From Adineta vaga (taxonomy: Eukaryota > Animalia > Rotifera): 64,000 nucleotides of DNA. Made by a program: the position numbers and the translations under genes. The DNA lies in NCBI GenBank assembly GCA_021613535.1, contig CP075492.1, positions 8,990,001 through 9,054,000 of the forward strand, given 5' to 3'. The notes beneath the pieces were generated by a model. That model was not told the origin of the DNA, ran no database searches, and worked only from the letters and a program-made list of their open reading frames with translations. Below are positions 11,852-24,819 of the stretch, piece by piece; the first letter of the stretch is position 1, and each line of letters begins with the position of its first letter.

Positions 11852-12631
11852 TTAAAACATCAGATTATATAAATTATTGCAGACATATCGAATAGGACCA
11901 TTTATATACAAAAGACCAACTAAAATTCCTGCCAAATGACCTAAAATTATACCAACAAAAGATGTTCTACAAAATTCATTTTTTATAAGAAAAAAAAGTT
12001 TACCGAGAAATGAAACATTTGGTGTAATTAATTGAATAACAATAAGTTCAACCCATACAGCATATTTTGTTGAGAATGGAATAAAGCCTCCCAGAAATGA
12101 ATTTGAATTATAATTAGGAGTATAATGTGTAGTAATTACTTTTAATGCAAATATAACTGCACTAAAACCAACTGCACATGTAAACAAATATTCTGGATTA
12201 TCTAATAAACTCGATGCTAATTGACCAAGAATAACTAACATTAAACTTGATGAAACAGTTAAAACTACCAATATAAGTGCAAAATACCGACTACCAAAAA
12301 GTGTTTCTAATTGTTGACCTTTGTATAAAAATGATGCCATATTGTAATACAGATGCATATCATCACCATGAAATAATGGTGCTAATAATATTCGCATATA
12401 ATCTCCTTGATCAAGTACTGCATGTGTACTAACACATACAGATTGTAAATTAGTTGACAGACCAAATAATGGGAAAATATCGAAATAGATTAAAACATTA
12501 AGAATAATTACAGCAAGTGTTATTGGTGGTAAATGTGATGAACGACTTAATTCTGCTAAAAGAAGAATAATTCCATAATATGATCGATTCGTTTGTTGAT
12601 AGTGAGAATGTCTTGAACGACTGCCGAACAT
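11852..12631 (-). CDS. RHBDD1: Rhomboid intramembrane serine protease, RHBDD1/RHBDL4-like (63-nt intron 12003-11941)
   Basis: PPITLA, FHGDDMHLYYNMAS, catalytic AVGFSAV, WVELI, SFLGHLAGILVG after splicing. Confidence 0.88.
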   Translation of the reverse strand: MFGSRSRHSHYQQTNRSYYGIILLLAELSRSSHLPPITLAVIILNVLIYFDIFPLFGLSTNLQSVCVSTHAVLDQGDYMRILLAPLFHGDDMHLYYNMASFLYKGQQLETLFGSRYFALILVVLTVSSSLMLVILGQLASSLLDNPEYLFTCAVGFSAVIFALKVITTHYTPNYNSNSFLGGFIPFSTKYAVWVELIVIQLITPNVSFLGKLFFLIKNEFCRTSFVGIILGHLAGILVGLLYINGPIRYVCNNLYNLMF

Positions 12632-12780
12632 CTGAAAATAATAAATTACAATATAGATACGTATTATTTGACGAGAATTGTTTGTTTGGTTGTTCTCTTT
12701 CTTTTTCGGAATGCGAAAAACATGTATATAAATAGAGAAACAAAAATTACAAGAAGCATTGATAAAAAAAAAGAAGATTA

Positions 12781-13485
12781 TCAAGAAGACGTTGTAGTTG
12801 ATTTATTGCGAAAAGTTAATGTCGGTAATTGTTCATCAGGTGGTAAACATAAATTAATGACACGCATTCGTTCAGCTAGATTTGTTAACGATTGATCGAG
12901 ATGCTTTAATGATGTGGCTACATCACGTAATTTCTTTGATTGTTCACAATAACCAGTAAAACGTTTTTGTTTATCGATAAGACGTTGTTGAACAGCATTA
13001 GAACGAGTATCAACTTCTTTCATTCGACTAATGAGTTGAGTTTGTTCAGTTTGTATTACTTCAGCACATAAACGAAAATGATTTTGTAAACGCATTGAAA
13101 GTTGTAAAAGCTACAATGGAAATGAAATAGGAAGTACAAATGATCTGATGAATATTTAATACTAACCGATCGATTTTCTAAATGCGGTATTTGTGTTGGA
13201 TCATTTTGTTGATTTATAGAAGATCGAAGAATTGGAAAAAATTTCGGAATAGTTGCTAATTTATTGATATCATTATCATCTGCTAAAGATGTATTCGATG
13301 CTGTTGCACCAGCGCCACTTCCAGCAATTGGACCAGAATTGACGACAGTAATATTTGGATGATAGATTGGTGCTATACGACACAATAGATTTTAATATAC
13401 AGTAAAAAAGAAACATTCATTTCTGTTTACTTTTTGAAGTTACCGATGTACTAAGAACATTTCCTGTTGATTGATCATTTCCCAT
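12781..13485 (-). CDS. BORCS5: BLOC-1-related complex subunit 5 (myrlysin), 3 exons
   Basis: Myristoylation-type start MGNDQS; IPKFFPILRSS, RLQNHFRLCAEVI and LNxxLPxxEQL-type C-terminus. Confidence 0.82.
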
Positions 13486-13714
13486 AACGAAAAACAAGAA
13501 TCAATCTAAAATATGTAGAATTCATGGAAGATTTTGTTTTCTTTATCGACAAATCGAAATATTTTAATTCTATTTCTTCTTCTTGTTTCTGTTTATTTCA
13601 CCTTATAAATGTTAATCAAAACAAAAACAGATGAGAATGCACACAACGTTTGCTAAATAAAAAGCAAAAAAAGACAAGAACGAAGCGGCAATGTAAACAA
13701 AGATATCGTTGCTT

Positions 13715-14417
13715 TTAACGTTGGGTGCCTTTTTTCGGGCCAGCTTTGGGAACATTCTTTTGAATTTTTTCCGGCTTTTTCACTGGTTTACCAGCCTAAA
13801 GAATTCAAAAGTAGAAAGAAAACATTTTCCCTAAAAAAATGAAACTTACTTTAGCTCCAGCAGGTTGTGCAACTTTTTTCTGTTGTGATTTAGCTTTCTT
13901 TGCTATTTTAGCCGCACTAAAAACAAATTCAATGTATCTAGGAAGAGATAAATATCGTAAAGAAATCATACTTGATAGCATCTTGTCGTTGAGCTTTACG
14001 AAATTCAGGTTGTTGATTACGTTTAGCAAGAATTTCGTTCCATGTCACGCCGGTGATGGCTCGTTGAAATTTCACTGTACGACGTGTACGCTTTTTGGTT
14101 TCTTGTTCTGCTGCACCTTTTTTATGTTTTCGACGATAATAAACAGTCCAAGTAACACGACGTGGATTTCGTCGCATATCAGCCGATCGTTGACATTTAG
14201 AATTCAAGTAATATGTACCTAAATATGGATACATCTTCTTCTTTCAATCACATGAAAATGCAAGATTAAATGTATACCTTGCCATCAATTTTGCAAACAC
14301 GTTTACCGTGACCAGGATATATTTTATATCCACTATAATTGCAAATTTCAAGTCTATACAAATGAAAATAAAATAAAATAGAAAAGATCGTGTTTTCTTT
14401 TCGAATACATACTTCAT
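13715..14417 (-). CDS. RPL24: 60S ribosomal protein L24 (5 exons)
   Basis: [54 protein letters not shown]. Confidence 0.96.
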
Positions 14418-14761
14418 ATTGGCTCGATCAAATCAATGAAAATATGATTTTACGATATCTAGAATAGATATACAAGACTATGAAGAACTTAATAGACTTG
14501 TTTATGATTAAGAATGACTAAAAAACTGTTTCTGTATTCTGGAAAAGAACTTGGTAAACTATGGATTACCTATCTAATAATCTGTAGTAATCAATTTAAT
14601 TATACGTGATGACGATCTAATAGGATGTAAATAGAGAATATTCTAATTGAATGATGAAATCAGAGTGAATTGAGTCATTTTTATTTCAAAATAATACAAA
14701 CGATTTCTTGGATTCTAACGCCATCTGTAGACACGTTTAGTGAAACACAAAAAATTGCGGG

Positions 14762-15360
14762 TCATACCGATTTTGAATTGATATACTGTCGTTTTCCAAT
14801 GATTACAGCATGCTGTTTTCATATTGAAATCAGTTATATGAATGAGAAAAGAGAAGAAATCTTACAGAACATGGATTGCCAATTGCATTGTATTTTCTCG
14901 TATCATAAAATGGAACCGTCAATCCAATACGTATATCATCTGCATGTCGTCCAATTTGTGTCCAACCAAACTTACATGATAGTTGCGATTTATCATTGAT
15001 ACTATCATATGTCATTGGACCGATATGATCGATATTAGGTTTAGTATCATAAACATTTTTGATAGTCCATGCTGGTGAATGAGGTAATATGGCATCAAAT
15101 TTTGGTAAATAGAACGGTATGAAAGTCGAATGAGTTCGATTGCTTATGGGATGAAGAAGATTACCCATGGCATCGCGTGGATAAATAAATCGAGCTGGAT
15201 CTATATGAACGATTCGCTTTGGTTTGATAGATGTAATTTGATTTGGAAATAAATATTTTTCAAAACCATATATAGGTCGAACTTTCCAAGAATCATTTTT
15301 ATTAGAATAAATTGACGTTATTTTTTGCTGATGTCGTCGGAATTGTTTTCTAATAAACAT
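14762..15360 (-). CDS. ODF3/SHIPPO-repeat-like ciliary protein, divergent (probable intron 14865-14813)
   Basis: Degenerate repeats SPAWTI...IGPMTY, FYLP, PFYD..Y, HAVIIGKR; basic and Pro/Tyr-rich. Confidence 0.5.
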
Positions 15361-15481
15361 TACAACAAAATTAGAACACAAAAAAAAGAAAATTTGCATA
15401 ACTTAGCAACCTGATAATTTTTTGTTTTCGATCAAAGAAAAGTCATCTCATCGAATATGTGTGAGAAGAACGGACAATCCA

Positions 15482-16337
15482 ATGCTGAGTAGATATAAGT
15501 TTGAGAAAAAACCACCATTCTATGATGTTTGTAACGATACTTTTTATCATGGACCAGCATGGGTAATTAAACCAAGATTATTTCCACCGAAAGAATCTCA
15601 AGTGAAAAAACCAGGTCCAGGCTATTATCATATACCAGATCGATCTGTCTATACACGACCAGGTATGAAGTAATTTGATTGATGCTTGATTAATAAAAAC
15701 TGTACTGTATTCTACATATTCCGTAGGTGTAACAATAGGTAGTCGGTATGAAACATTACCACCAGTTTCAACACAACTATTAGCACATTATTATCCTAAT
15801 GATCGATGCATTAGTAGTGCTCAAGTACCTACGATTTCTATCACGCCACGTCGAACAAAACATGAACATTCACGTGGCTATTATGGACGCTTTTATTCAC
15901 CATCCAATCTATTCGACCATCGTGGAGCTCCTCTCCTTCGACCTCTGAATCGTCTGGATCCCTCGCGAAACTCTTTAGACAAAAATTCTTCATCGATTTC
16001 ACCTGGTCCAGCTACTTATCCAATGTATGAGTATGATGAAGATATTCTTCCTCGTCCACAACCTGGTTTTACACAAAAACACCGTTTATCATCAACAAGA
16101 AATGGAGCTATTTTACAAATTAATCCACCTTTCTATTACCCGAACAAGGCAGATCAACATCGTTTACCATCGTTTTCTTTCGGTAAACGTTTGTTAGCAT
16201 CTGAAAAGATCCATCAACGTACAGCTCCTTATTATGCACCATACGATGGCCAACTTACATGCTCGAGTAGAATGAAAGCGGGTATTACGTTGAAAGGACG
16301 TTGGAGCCCAGCGATCTGTATATTAACTGAACAATAA
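15482..16337 (+). CDS. ODF3/STPG (SHIPPO PG-rich repeat) ciliary protein, 2 exons
   Basis: GPAWVI, PGPGYY, GVTIGSR, SPGPATY, PSFSFGKR, GITLKGRW repeats. Confidence 0.75.
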
Positions 16338-16627
16338 ATTTTAGAGAATGATGCAACATCTCAATAATTTCCCTTATACTCTATAAACACAGTGAATGTT
16401 TTGCACATCAGCAAAAGAATTGGTTTTTGCCTTTGTAACCAATGAGTTTTTTGTCTGTTCTTTTTGCATAGATGAAAAAAAGAAATATATTGATGTAAAG
16501 AAAGAGGAAAAACAAAACAACAACGCTGTCGATCTATGATTCTCCGTCGAGAAAAAGAACACCACATGAATCAATACAAAAGCATGCGTGTCGAACTTTG
16601 ACTAATAGATCCAGAAACACGAAAAAA

Positions 16628-17739
16628 ATGCTTTTGAAACGATATTCATTAATCAGGACTATTATTTATCGACGTTTATCATCAGAAAAACCAACGCTTC
16701 ATGAAACATTAAAAGTTCATCGAACTTCTTCTGATGTTTTCATTCAACCAGCTGAAAGTTTATTCGTCTATCCTTATCGTACAAGCGTATTCGGTGGTCA
16801 AATTATTGGCTCAGCTATGTATGCTGCACAACAAACATTAGTCAAAGATTTTCCATTGCATAGTCTTCATTCATATTTCCTTGCAGCAGCAGATAATTCA
16901 TCTGCTATTTCTTATACAGTAAAACGATTGCGTGACGGAAAATCATTTGAAACGCGTAGTGTTACTGCTCGACAAGATGATAAAATTATTTTTGAATGTG
17001 AAATGAGTTTTCATCGAAAAGAAAAGGGCAACTTAGCACATCAACCAGTCATGCCTGATGTTGGTATGTTTCTATCATGAGAAATTGAAATGACATTGTT
17101 CCTTTGATTTTTCTAGGTGTTGTTCCTCCTGAAGAACTACATTCAACAAGATATCGTTTTCAAAATCTTCTCAATGATCAACGTCTTAAACCTGAACTTC
17201 GGCCGTTTGTTGAACTTGCTCTTGAAATGCCTGCACGTATCGATATTCGACATTGTCATCCACGTGATCTACTTCGACCATCACCAGGCTGGCCAGCACG
17301 TCAACTCGTTTGGATAAAAGCTATTGACTCTCTACCGGATGATTCACATTTACATCGATCTGCAGTTGCCTACTGTAGTGATCGAGTCTTATTAACCAGT
17401 GCACTTCTTCCATACGCTCTCAATGTCTTTAGTCCACGTATAAAAATGCAAGCATCACTTGATCATTCCATGTGGTTTCATGATGATTTCACTTTTGATA
17501 CTGCAACATCGCAATCTAATCAATCAACTGACGATGAATATTTGAAACCAATTCGACGTAGTGCTGATATTCCACCGCTTCCATTGAAGTTACCTGTACG
17601 TGCTGATGATTGGTTACTCTATGAATTAGAATGTCCGATTGCAACGAATAATCGAGCTTTAACTTTTGGACGAATATGGACACGTAATGGTCGACTTGTA
17701 GTAACATGTGTTCAAGAAGGTGTCATTCGTTGTTATTGA
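16628..17739 (+). CDS. Acyl-CoA thioesterase II (TesB/ACOT8 family), 2 exons
   Basis: VFGGQ, HSLHSYFL, RLRDGKSF, ASLDHSMWFH, WLLYE, QEGVIR. Confidence 0.92.
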
Positions 17740-17920
17740 TCCTTTTTATTAGTAACCATAGATATCAGATATCGATCTCAGTATGTTCAAATGAATCTTA
17801 CATCAATCAATGCATAATCTCAAATTTATCTCTATCAATTTTTATTTATTTCATAACAATCAAAATTTAGCTAATTTTCACAAAAATAATAATAATAATA
17901 ATATAGAATTTCATTTAAAT

Positions 17921-20030
17921 TTACATTCGACCTGAAAATACATGAATACGTCCACTAGAATTTCCACCTACAATGATTGGTAATGTTCGATGACCAACAT
18001 TTACCGTTGCAAGAGAATTAAGATTCTCGCTCCGTAATGAAAACACTGTCTTACAATTTTCATCAATGACAGTAATCTAAAAAGTAGCAAACCAAATTAT
18101 TCGCCTACAAATTAGATTCTATATGAAACTTTACTTCTCGAGGATATCCACGAACCAATTAAGAAATAAGATTCCATTAAAGAATAAGGTTGAGCAGTAA
18201 AAGGTGTTACAAAACGATTGACAAAATTTCGATGATTAATTTTTTTTGTTGGTGAAATATCTAAAGGATTAGTTGTACGTTGCATATCATCCAATGAAAA
18301 TGACATAACATGATCATCGCGAGTTGCAGCCAACAGATGACTACCAGCTTGATTATAATACGCTCCATAAGATGAATATTCTGTTTGTAAACAATATTTC
18401 ATTGTTGACATATTTCGTAAATCCCAAACTTTGATACAACTAAATAAATCAATTCGATAGAATTGTGTCAAATGAGAGATCATACGTGTCAGTTCCAGCG
18501 ATACAAAATTCATCTGTTTGATTTGGATTAATATGAAGTGTACGAATACGTTTTTTTGTTACATCATAACGTTCTACAGAAGATGCTGAACTAGATTAAA
18601 AATGAACTATAGACAAACATTTTCCACAAATCTTTCTTACTTTGCTCGAAAGTCAAGTAATAAAACATCACCATTGTCTTCTGAAATCAGACAAGTTTGT
18701 GGTGATCGATAATCAAACGCTGTTAATCCATGGTTATTCGTGTCTGTAAATATCTAATTAAACAATTTAAGAGTAATACTATTATTTCATCTTATGCTTA
18801 GATTTATACTTCTATCGATTGATTTTTGGTTATGTCACATGTGCGAAACGTCGAATCATACGATGTTGAATTGATACAATTTGAATTAAGTTGATCGAAA
18901 CGACATTGTGTGGCATATGCAGTATGGAAATCATAGTTGATTTTACACCACGGACCATTTAAATTATCCGTTGACTAGAAAAGATTCTATCAGTATTCTA
19001 ATCTTGTTTATACAAGATTTTTCTTACTTTAACAACAAGACCTACGGTACCCTTCCGATCACAACCAATAATTGCTAAAATATCTGAACGTGAATGTATA
19101 TCCATTGATAGTAAACGATCAGGTGTTAATTTCAGAACATTTTCATCCAGAATTTCCAAGTCAGAAAAATTAAACGTTGATCTAATGAATATTTTTAAGA
19201 AAACTTCTATATAAATGTATACAAACTGTCTTACTTAGTCGACTCAATAGCTGTTGGTTGAGTATCTCCAAAAAATAGTTTCACTTTTTCATTAATTGCT
19301 TCTTGCTCTTCTAGTGAAAGTTCTTGTACTCGTTTGACTACTTTTCGTCGTTGAGTAGTCACAAAAACATTTTCATTCTATACAAAAATAGAATTGTTTC
19401 TTTAACATAAAGATTAACTATTGATAATCTACCTGAGCCGTATCCATTTCAGTATCGCTTACATCCGGTGATGGAAGTTTATTTCCATCGACATCCCTAT
19501 GAGCAAGACGGCGTGATCGTCGCACTGGAATATTTTCCGAAACAGTAATACTAGAATAGAAAAACAAAAATAAGTTTCTAAATATTGATGAAATTTCTTT
19601 CATAATAGAGATATTTACTATTTGAAATCACGTTTTTTTCCTTCGTTTTTCATAGTTGGTTGTAATGTGTTTGTTGAACTTTTGAAATCATCACGAATCT
19701 ATTTTATAAAACAAGATAAAAGATAGTTTCTACTCGAAAAAAGGATTACCTTTGTCATTAATAAACCTTCTAGAAAGGCTTTATTATCTTCAAGATTTTT
19801 TCGACGAATTTCTTCAACATTACGCATTGGTTCTTCTTTTATTTCGACGTCTTCAAGAATCTCAATCTCTGATAGATTTACTTTCGTTTGAGCTCGACGT
19901 TTTGCTACGGGCGGTGAAGAAATTTCTTCTGGTTCAGTCTGTAAAAGAAGACGACGATACACTTGCCTAAATAACTGTATATAAAACTTACTTTAACTCG
20001 TAACGAACGTGAGCGAAGAGCAATAGGCAT
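17921..20030 (-). CDS. WDR76: WD repeat protein 76 (Cmr1-like DNA-damage-binding protein), multi-exon
   Basis: EEIRRKNLEDNKAFL, RRSRRL, IKVWDLR and the diagnostic C-terminus VGGNSSGRIHVF. Confidence 0.85.
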
Positions 20031-20368
20031 TGTTAGTCCAATAGAAAAACTAAACAATAATCTAAAATTTGTTATGCAATATTATTATATATGGAAGTTT
20101 TTCGGAGAAAAAAATCAATGTACAATGAACGACTATAAATTTGAATAGATTTGTGGTTAGAACAGAAAAACCGCCGTACTAGAGAAAGAAAGAAATCCCA
20201 TTGTTTGTATTAGTTATTCCATCGACCAATATTATTTCCAATAGAGGTCGTGATATTGTTTTTATTCCTTGTTGTTTTTTCTTTCGAATATATTTCTTTG
20301 GTTTGGTACTTTGATCTCCCGCCACGCGTTCTCAATCACTTGCTATTTTTAATCAAAAAATTTCGATC

Positions 20369-21406
20369 ATGGCTGCCTACAAAATTGTTTTAGTTCGCCA
20401 TGGTGAAAGGTAGATGAAACCAAAGAAATCGTAGTGAAAATATTATTATGTTTCTATTTTTAGTGAATGGAATCAAAAGAACTTATTTTGTGGATGGTAT
20501 GATGCTGATTTATCAGAAAAAGGTTTTGAAGAAGCTAAACAAGCAGGCAAAGTCAGTTTCTTTGTTCATTTTAACGATAGAAAAATCTTTAATTGCTTGT
20601 TTTTATTTCTTTCTTTCTTGTAGTGGCTTAAAGCAAAAGGTTATACATTTGATGTCGCTTTTACATCGGTATTAAAACGAGCTATTAAAACTCTTTATAA
20701 TATTCAACAAGAATTAGATCTACATTGGATACCTGTACATCGTCATTGGCGTTTAAATGAACGTATGTATGGTGCTTTACAAGGTAAAAATAAAGCTGAA
20801 ACTGCAGCCAAATATGGTGAAGATCAAGTTAAAGTGAGTTGATCTTTTATAATAATCATTCAATAAGGAAAATTTGCTTTGATATTCAGGTTTGGCGACG
20901 TGCTTACGATATTCCACCACCACAACTTGATGATTCTAGTGAATATAATCCAAGAAATGACAATAAATATAAAGTAAAGATGATTATGAAATATTCATCT
21001 TCAAATTTTGTTTGTTTAGAATTTAGATCGACGTGTTTTACCATTAACAGAATGTTTAAAAGATACAGTCGAACGTGCTTTACCATACTGGCACGATGCT
21101 ATTGTACCAGCTATTCGTTCTGGACAAAAAGTTCTTATTGCTGCTCATGGTAATTCATTACGAGCTTTGATTAAATATCTTGACAATGTACCTGATCAAG
21201 AAATCGTTGAACTTAATTTACCAACAGGTAGAAAAATTCCTAAAATAAAGAACAAATAAAATCCTATGTTTATCTTTTTAGGTATTCCTCTTGTGTATGA
21301 ACTTGATGAAAATTTAAATCCAATTAAACATTATTATGTTGCACCTGATGATGTTGTTCAAAAAGCTATTGATCAAGTTGCTAATCAAGGCAAAGCAAAG
21401 AAATAA
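20369..21406 (+). CDS. PGAM: 2,3-bisphosphoglycerate-dependent phosphoglycerate mutase, multi-exon
   Basis: [50 protein letters not shown]. Confidence 0.96.
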
Positions 21407-21843
21407 ATAAAGAATTGAATTGACTTTATCCATCAAATTTTATGCTCATTTTAGTAGACTAATCCATTTTGACTTTATTTTCTTAAAACCCGTTTAAAAC
21501 ACATCCTATAGTACTTTAATATATATATATATATCTATTTATAACTTGTAGTGAAGTGAATAGAACAACTATTTTTTTTCAGTTTCCAAAATAAAAATAA
21601 AATATATAGAGAATGTCGTGTAGTATTGAATGAATCTTGATAATCAATATGGACTGATCTTTCAAGTCCTATTAATCAAGCAATAGACGGAATGTTTTCG
21701 GAAAATCCTAAAGCTATGTAAACGAATGCTTGTTACTTTCTATAAGGATGGGAGAAAATCACTGAATCACATCTTGTTTACATGATTTTTATACAACAAT
21801 CAGAAGCGCGTTTTAATTGAAAGTGTTCATTATTATTTTTCTT

Positions 21844-22791
21844 ATGGTTAAAAATCGTTTAATAAAATATGATGATCGAAATCAAATTTCCAAGCTTCAT
21901 TTTATTGAATCAAAGCAAATAGCATCACAAATAACGAATACATCATTTTTTCATCTTCTTCATGAAAAATTTTTAATCAATTCATTCGAATGTGAAAATG
22001 ATTCACCATTAGCTGCTGGTGAATATTCTTTTCTTATCTATGGGGGACAATATTTAACTCTATATAATATCGATGGTCCACTTCATCGAATACCTTGGAA
22101 TACAAATATCTATGATTCTATTAAACAAATTCGTTGGTCATCATACCATCGTTCATATTTGATCATGACAGCTCGATTTTTCGCTCTATTCAGTTTATTC
22201 TCTTATGAACTCTATGAAATCAAAAAATCATTGAAATCTTCTGAACATTTACAATTATTTACATGTCATCAAACAGATCTATGGCTTGTTTGTTTAGTAA
22301 CTTCTGCCAAGAGACAAACATTGGTTCATTATGATCTTTCTGAATGGGAACAAAATGAATTTAGTATGAAGAATTTCTCTTTAGATCAGTTAGGTTTATA
22401 TCCAACGGATAGTATATGTGCTATTGAGCATGATCAAAATGGTCAATGTTTAGCTTTATTAATAGCTGAAAGAAATAATAATCTGACTGTCGGTATTCAG
22501 CGTCGTCGTCGATTGATTCTTATATCAATTTATCAAATGACTCCAATACGAGTAATCTATTTTAGTGGTGCTGATGATCTCTATTGGACATTAACGTCCG
22601 TTATGAATCGACGAACTGCAAAATTCGGATGGTTACTTTGTAAATGGCAAAATAATGAGTTAACATTTGTTAATAATAGATGTTCTTGTATACAATATAA
22701 AAAAGAACTCTGTAATTTAGCTATTACAATTGATGGACATTATTTGATATTGCGAACTATTAATAGTTTAGATGTTTATCAAATCGATTAG
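21844..22791 (+). CDS. Hypothetical intronless lineage-specific protein, possibly beta-strand-rich
   Basis: Over 300 uninterrupted codons in AT-rich DNA; no family recognised. Confidence 0.6.
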   Translation: MVKNRLIKYDDRNQISKLHFIESKQIASQITNTSFFHLLHEKFLINSFECENDSPLAAGEYSFLIYGGQYLTLYNIDGPLHRIPWNTNIYDSIKQIRWSSYHRSYLIMTARFFALFSLFSYELYEIKKSLKSSEHLQLFTCHQTDLWLVCLVTSAKRQTLVHYDLSEWEQNEFSMKNFSLDQLGLYPTDSICAIEHDQNGQCLALLIAERNNNLTVGIQRRRRLILISIYQMTPIRVIYFSGADDLYWTLTSVMNRRTAKFGWLLCKWQNNELTFVNNRCSCIQYKKELCNLAITIDGHYLILRTINSLDVYQID

Positions 22792-22875
22792 ATTTATTTT
22801 AAAAAATCAGTTTCTTTTCCTGTTTATATACGAATAATAAGTGAAAAATTAGAATTCTTTCTATTAACTTGTTGA

Positions 22876-24068
22876 TCAACCTTTAAGAAAAAGTTTGAAA
22901 CGTGTAAGACCAGCTGATTTCCTGTCGAAATTAATGTTCTCAGCATATAGACGACAAACGACGTGGATGAGTACATTCGGGTTCAGATTATTAAATTGTA
23001 CCCATACATATGGCGCTTGATAAACATCTTGACGAGCTTTTTTACCTCTGAAAACATTCTTATATATTATGTTAACAAAATGGAAAGTAATTACTTGTAT
23101 GGAAACCATTTTGTATCTAATGAACCACATTTTTCAAAATGGCCATTTTCAGAAATATATGTTATATCACCAATATTATCAATATCAGATGCATAACTAA
23201 ACACAAAGTTTTCATGATAAACATTTTTGAAATATTTTACTTTAGAAAAAAGAGTTTATTATTACCTCTCCATAACAATGAACAGTAATAGCATTTGGAT
23301 CAGATTGACATCCAGATTGTTTATATGCATCTTGCTCGTGTTTTTGATAACCGGGTATTGGTTTGAATCCAACAATCTAACGGTAAAAATTGATTCAATC
23401 GATTTCTTTCTATTCGAAATGTTTCTACTTTATTCATTTTCACGAGTATACATGGTTTTCCGTCGGAGAATCCATAGTGATTCTTAGGTGTGCAATCTTT
23501 TGGATCAATAACGAACTTTTCTGATCGAGTTGCATAATTTTCAGTTCCATAATCTATTCGAATAAAGAAGAGAATTTTTTCATATATATCTCCACTTTAA
23601 AACATACAAAGTTCGAGATATTGATTGAGATTTTTTACATAACGATCAGTACCAAGTTTAGTAGCATTTTTATCAATATAGACTAAATTTTCTAGTACGT
23701 TTGGCTGTGGTCGAAATCCCATCCCTAAAATGTAAATTGAATATATCGTTGATTCTTGTTGTAGATGATACAAACCAGGTGAGAGAGGACTTGAACGACT
23801 TTGCATACAGGATGTCGTCGAAGAATAACGTGGAACATCTTGTGGTGTTATTGACATAAGTATTGTTATCATTGCACAGAAAAATGCAGCCAAACCAAAG
23901 TAATACACGGAATAGACTATTGCTAATTTCGCTACGAAAAAAAAGAAAAGTTTTGATGTTTTTTTTGAATCATCTATACTTACCCCATCCATTTCCATCT
24001 CGTCCAAAAAATTCATGTCGTTTAGAATCATAGAATATACTTTTAAAATCGGATAATCGGCTACTCAT
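22876..24068 (-). CDS. Na+/K+-ATPase beta subunit, multi-exon
   Basis: True exon 1 is in a different frame from the ORF track: MSSRLSDFKSIFYDSKRHEFFGRDGNGW; then KLAIVYSVYYFGLAAFF TM, PGMGFRPQP, YQAPYVWVQF, CRLYAENI. Confidence 0.9.
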
Positions 24069-24819
24069 CTTGACTAGATATGATATTCAACTTTATCTAA
24101 AGACAATAGTATTAATTCGATCAAATCGTTACTATACATATGAGAATTAAACGAAGTGCAAAACAAAAGCTTCTATATTAAGATTATATAAATCGTGTTA
24201 GAATGTGATAAAACCAGAAGAATGTTCGATTATGTGAAACTATTTCCATCTATCTGATTTTGTATATCACAATGATTGAAAGACTTATATATAGTCTAGT
24301 TTAATTTCTTTCGTTCATGTATGTCAGTAGAAAGAAATATAATCAATTTATCTTAATTGAATTCTATCGTTCAATTAACGAAATAATTGAATGAGGAAAT
24401 GTTCATTTTAAGTATTTCTTGTTCGTGTGCATACATGTCTGGGCTAGGCATATTTTTGTCATTCAGTTAAGCAAATCGGAATATATCTGGCAGTAATACT
24501 TTGACGTACACGAAATAGTTTAGATAATTAGATCTATATTTCCGAATATTGTCAAAAATATTTAAGTAAATATGATTGGTTAGATAAGTATACCATTAAT
24601 TAGCGACCTCATATGAAAGAAATTTAACTGTTTTGAAAATTCAAATACGTCATCAGTATCTTTTGAACAACTATGTTATAAATATAACATATAATCGTTA
24701 ACTATAAGAAAATTTCACAACAGATTCATTTTCATTGGATCAGTTGTGCAATTACATCAAGATTTTTTTACGTTTCATTTTTCAAATTCAAAAGAATATT
24801 CCTTTTTAATTGATTAATC

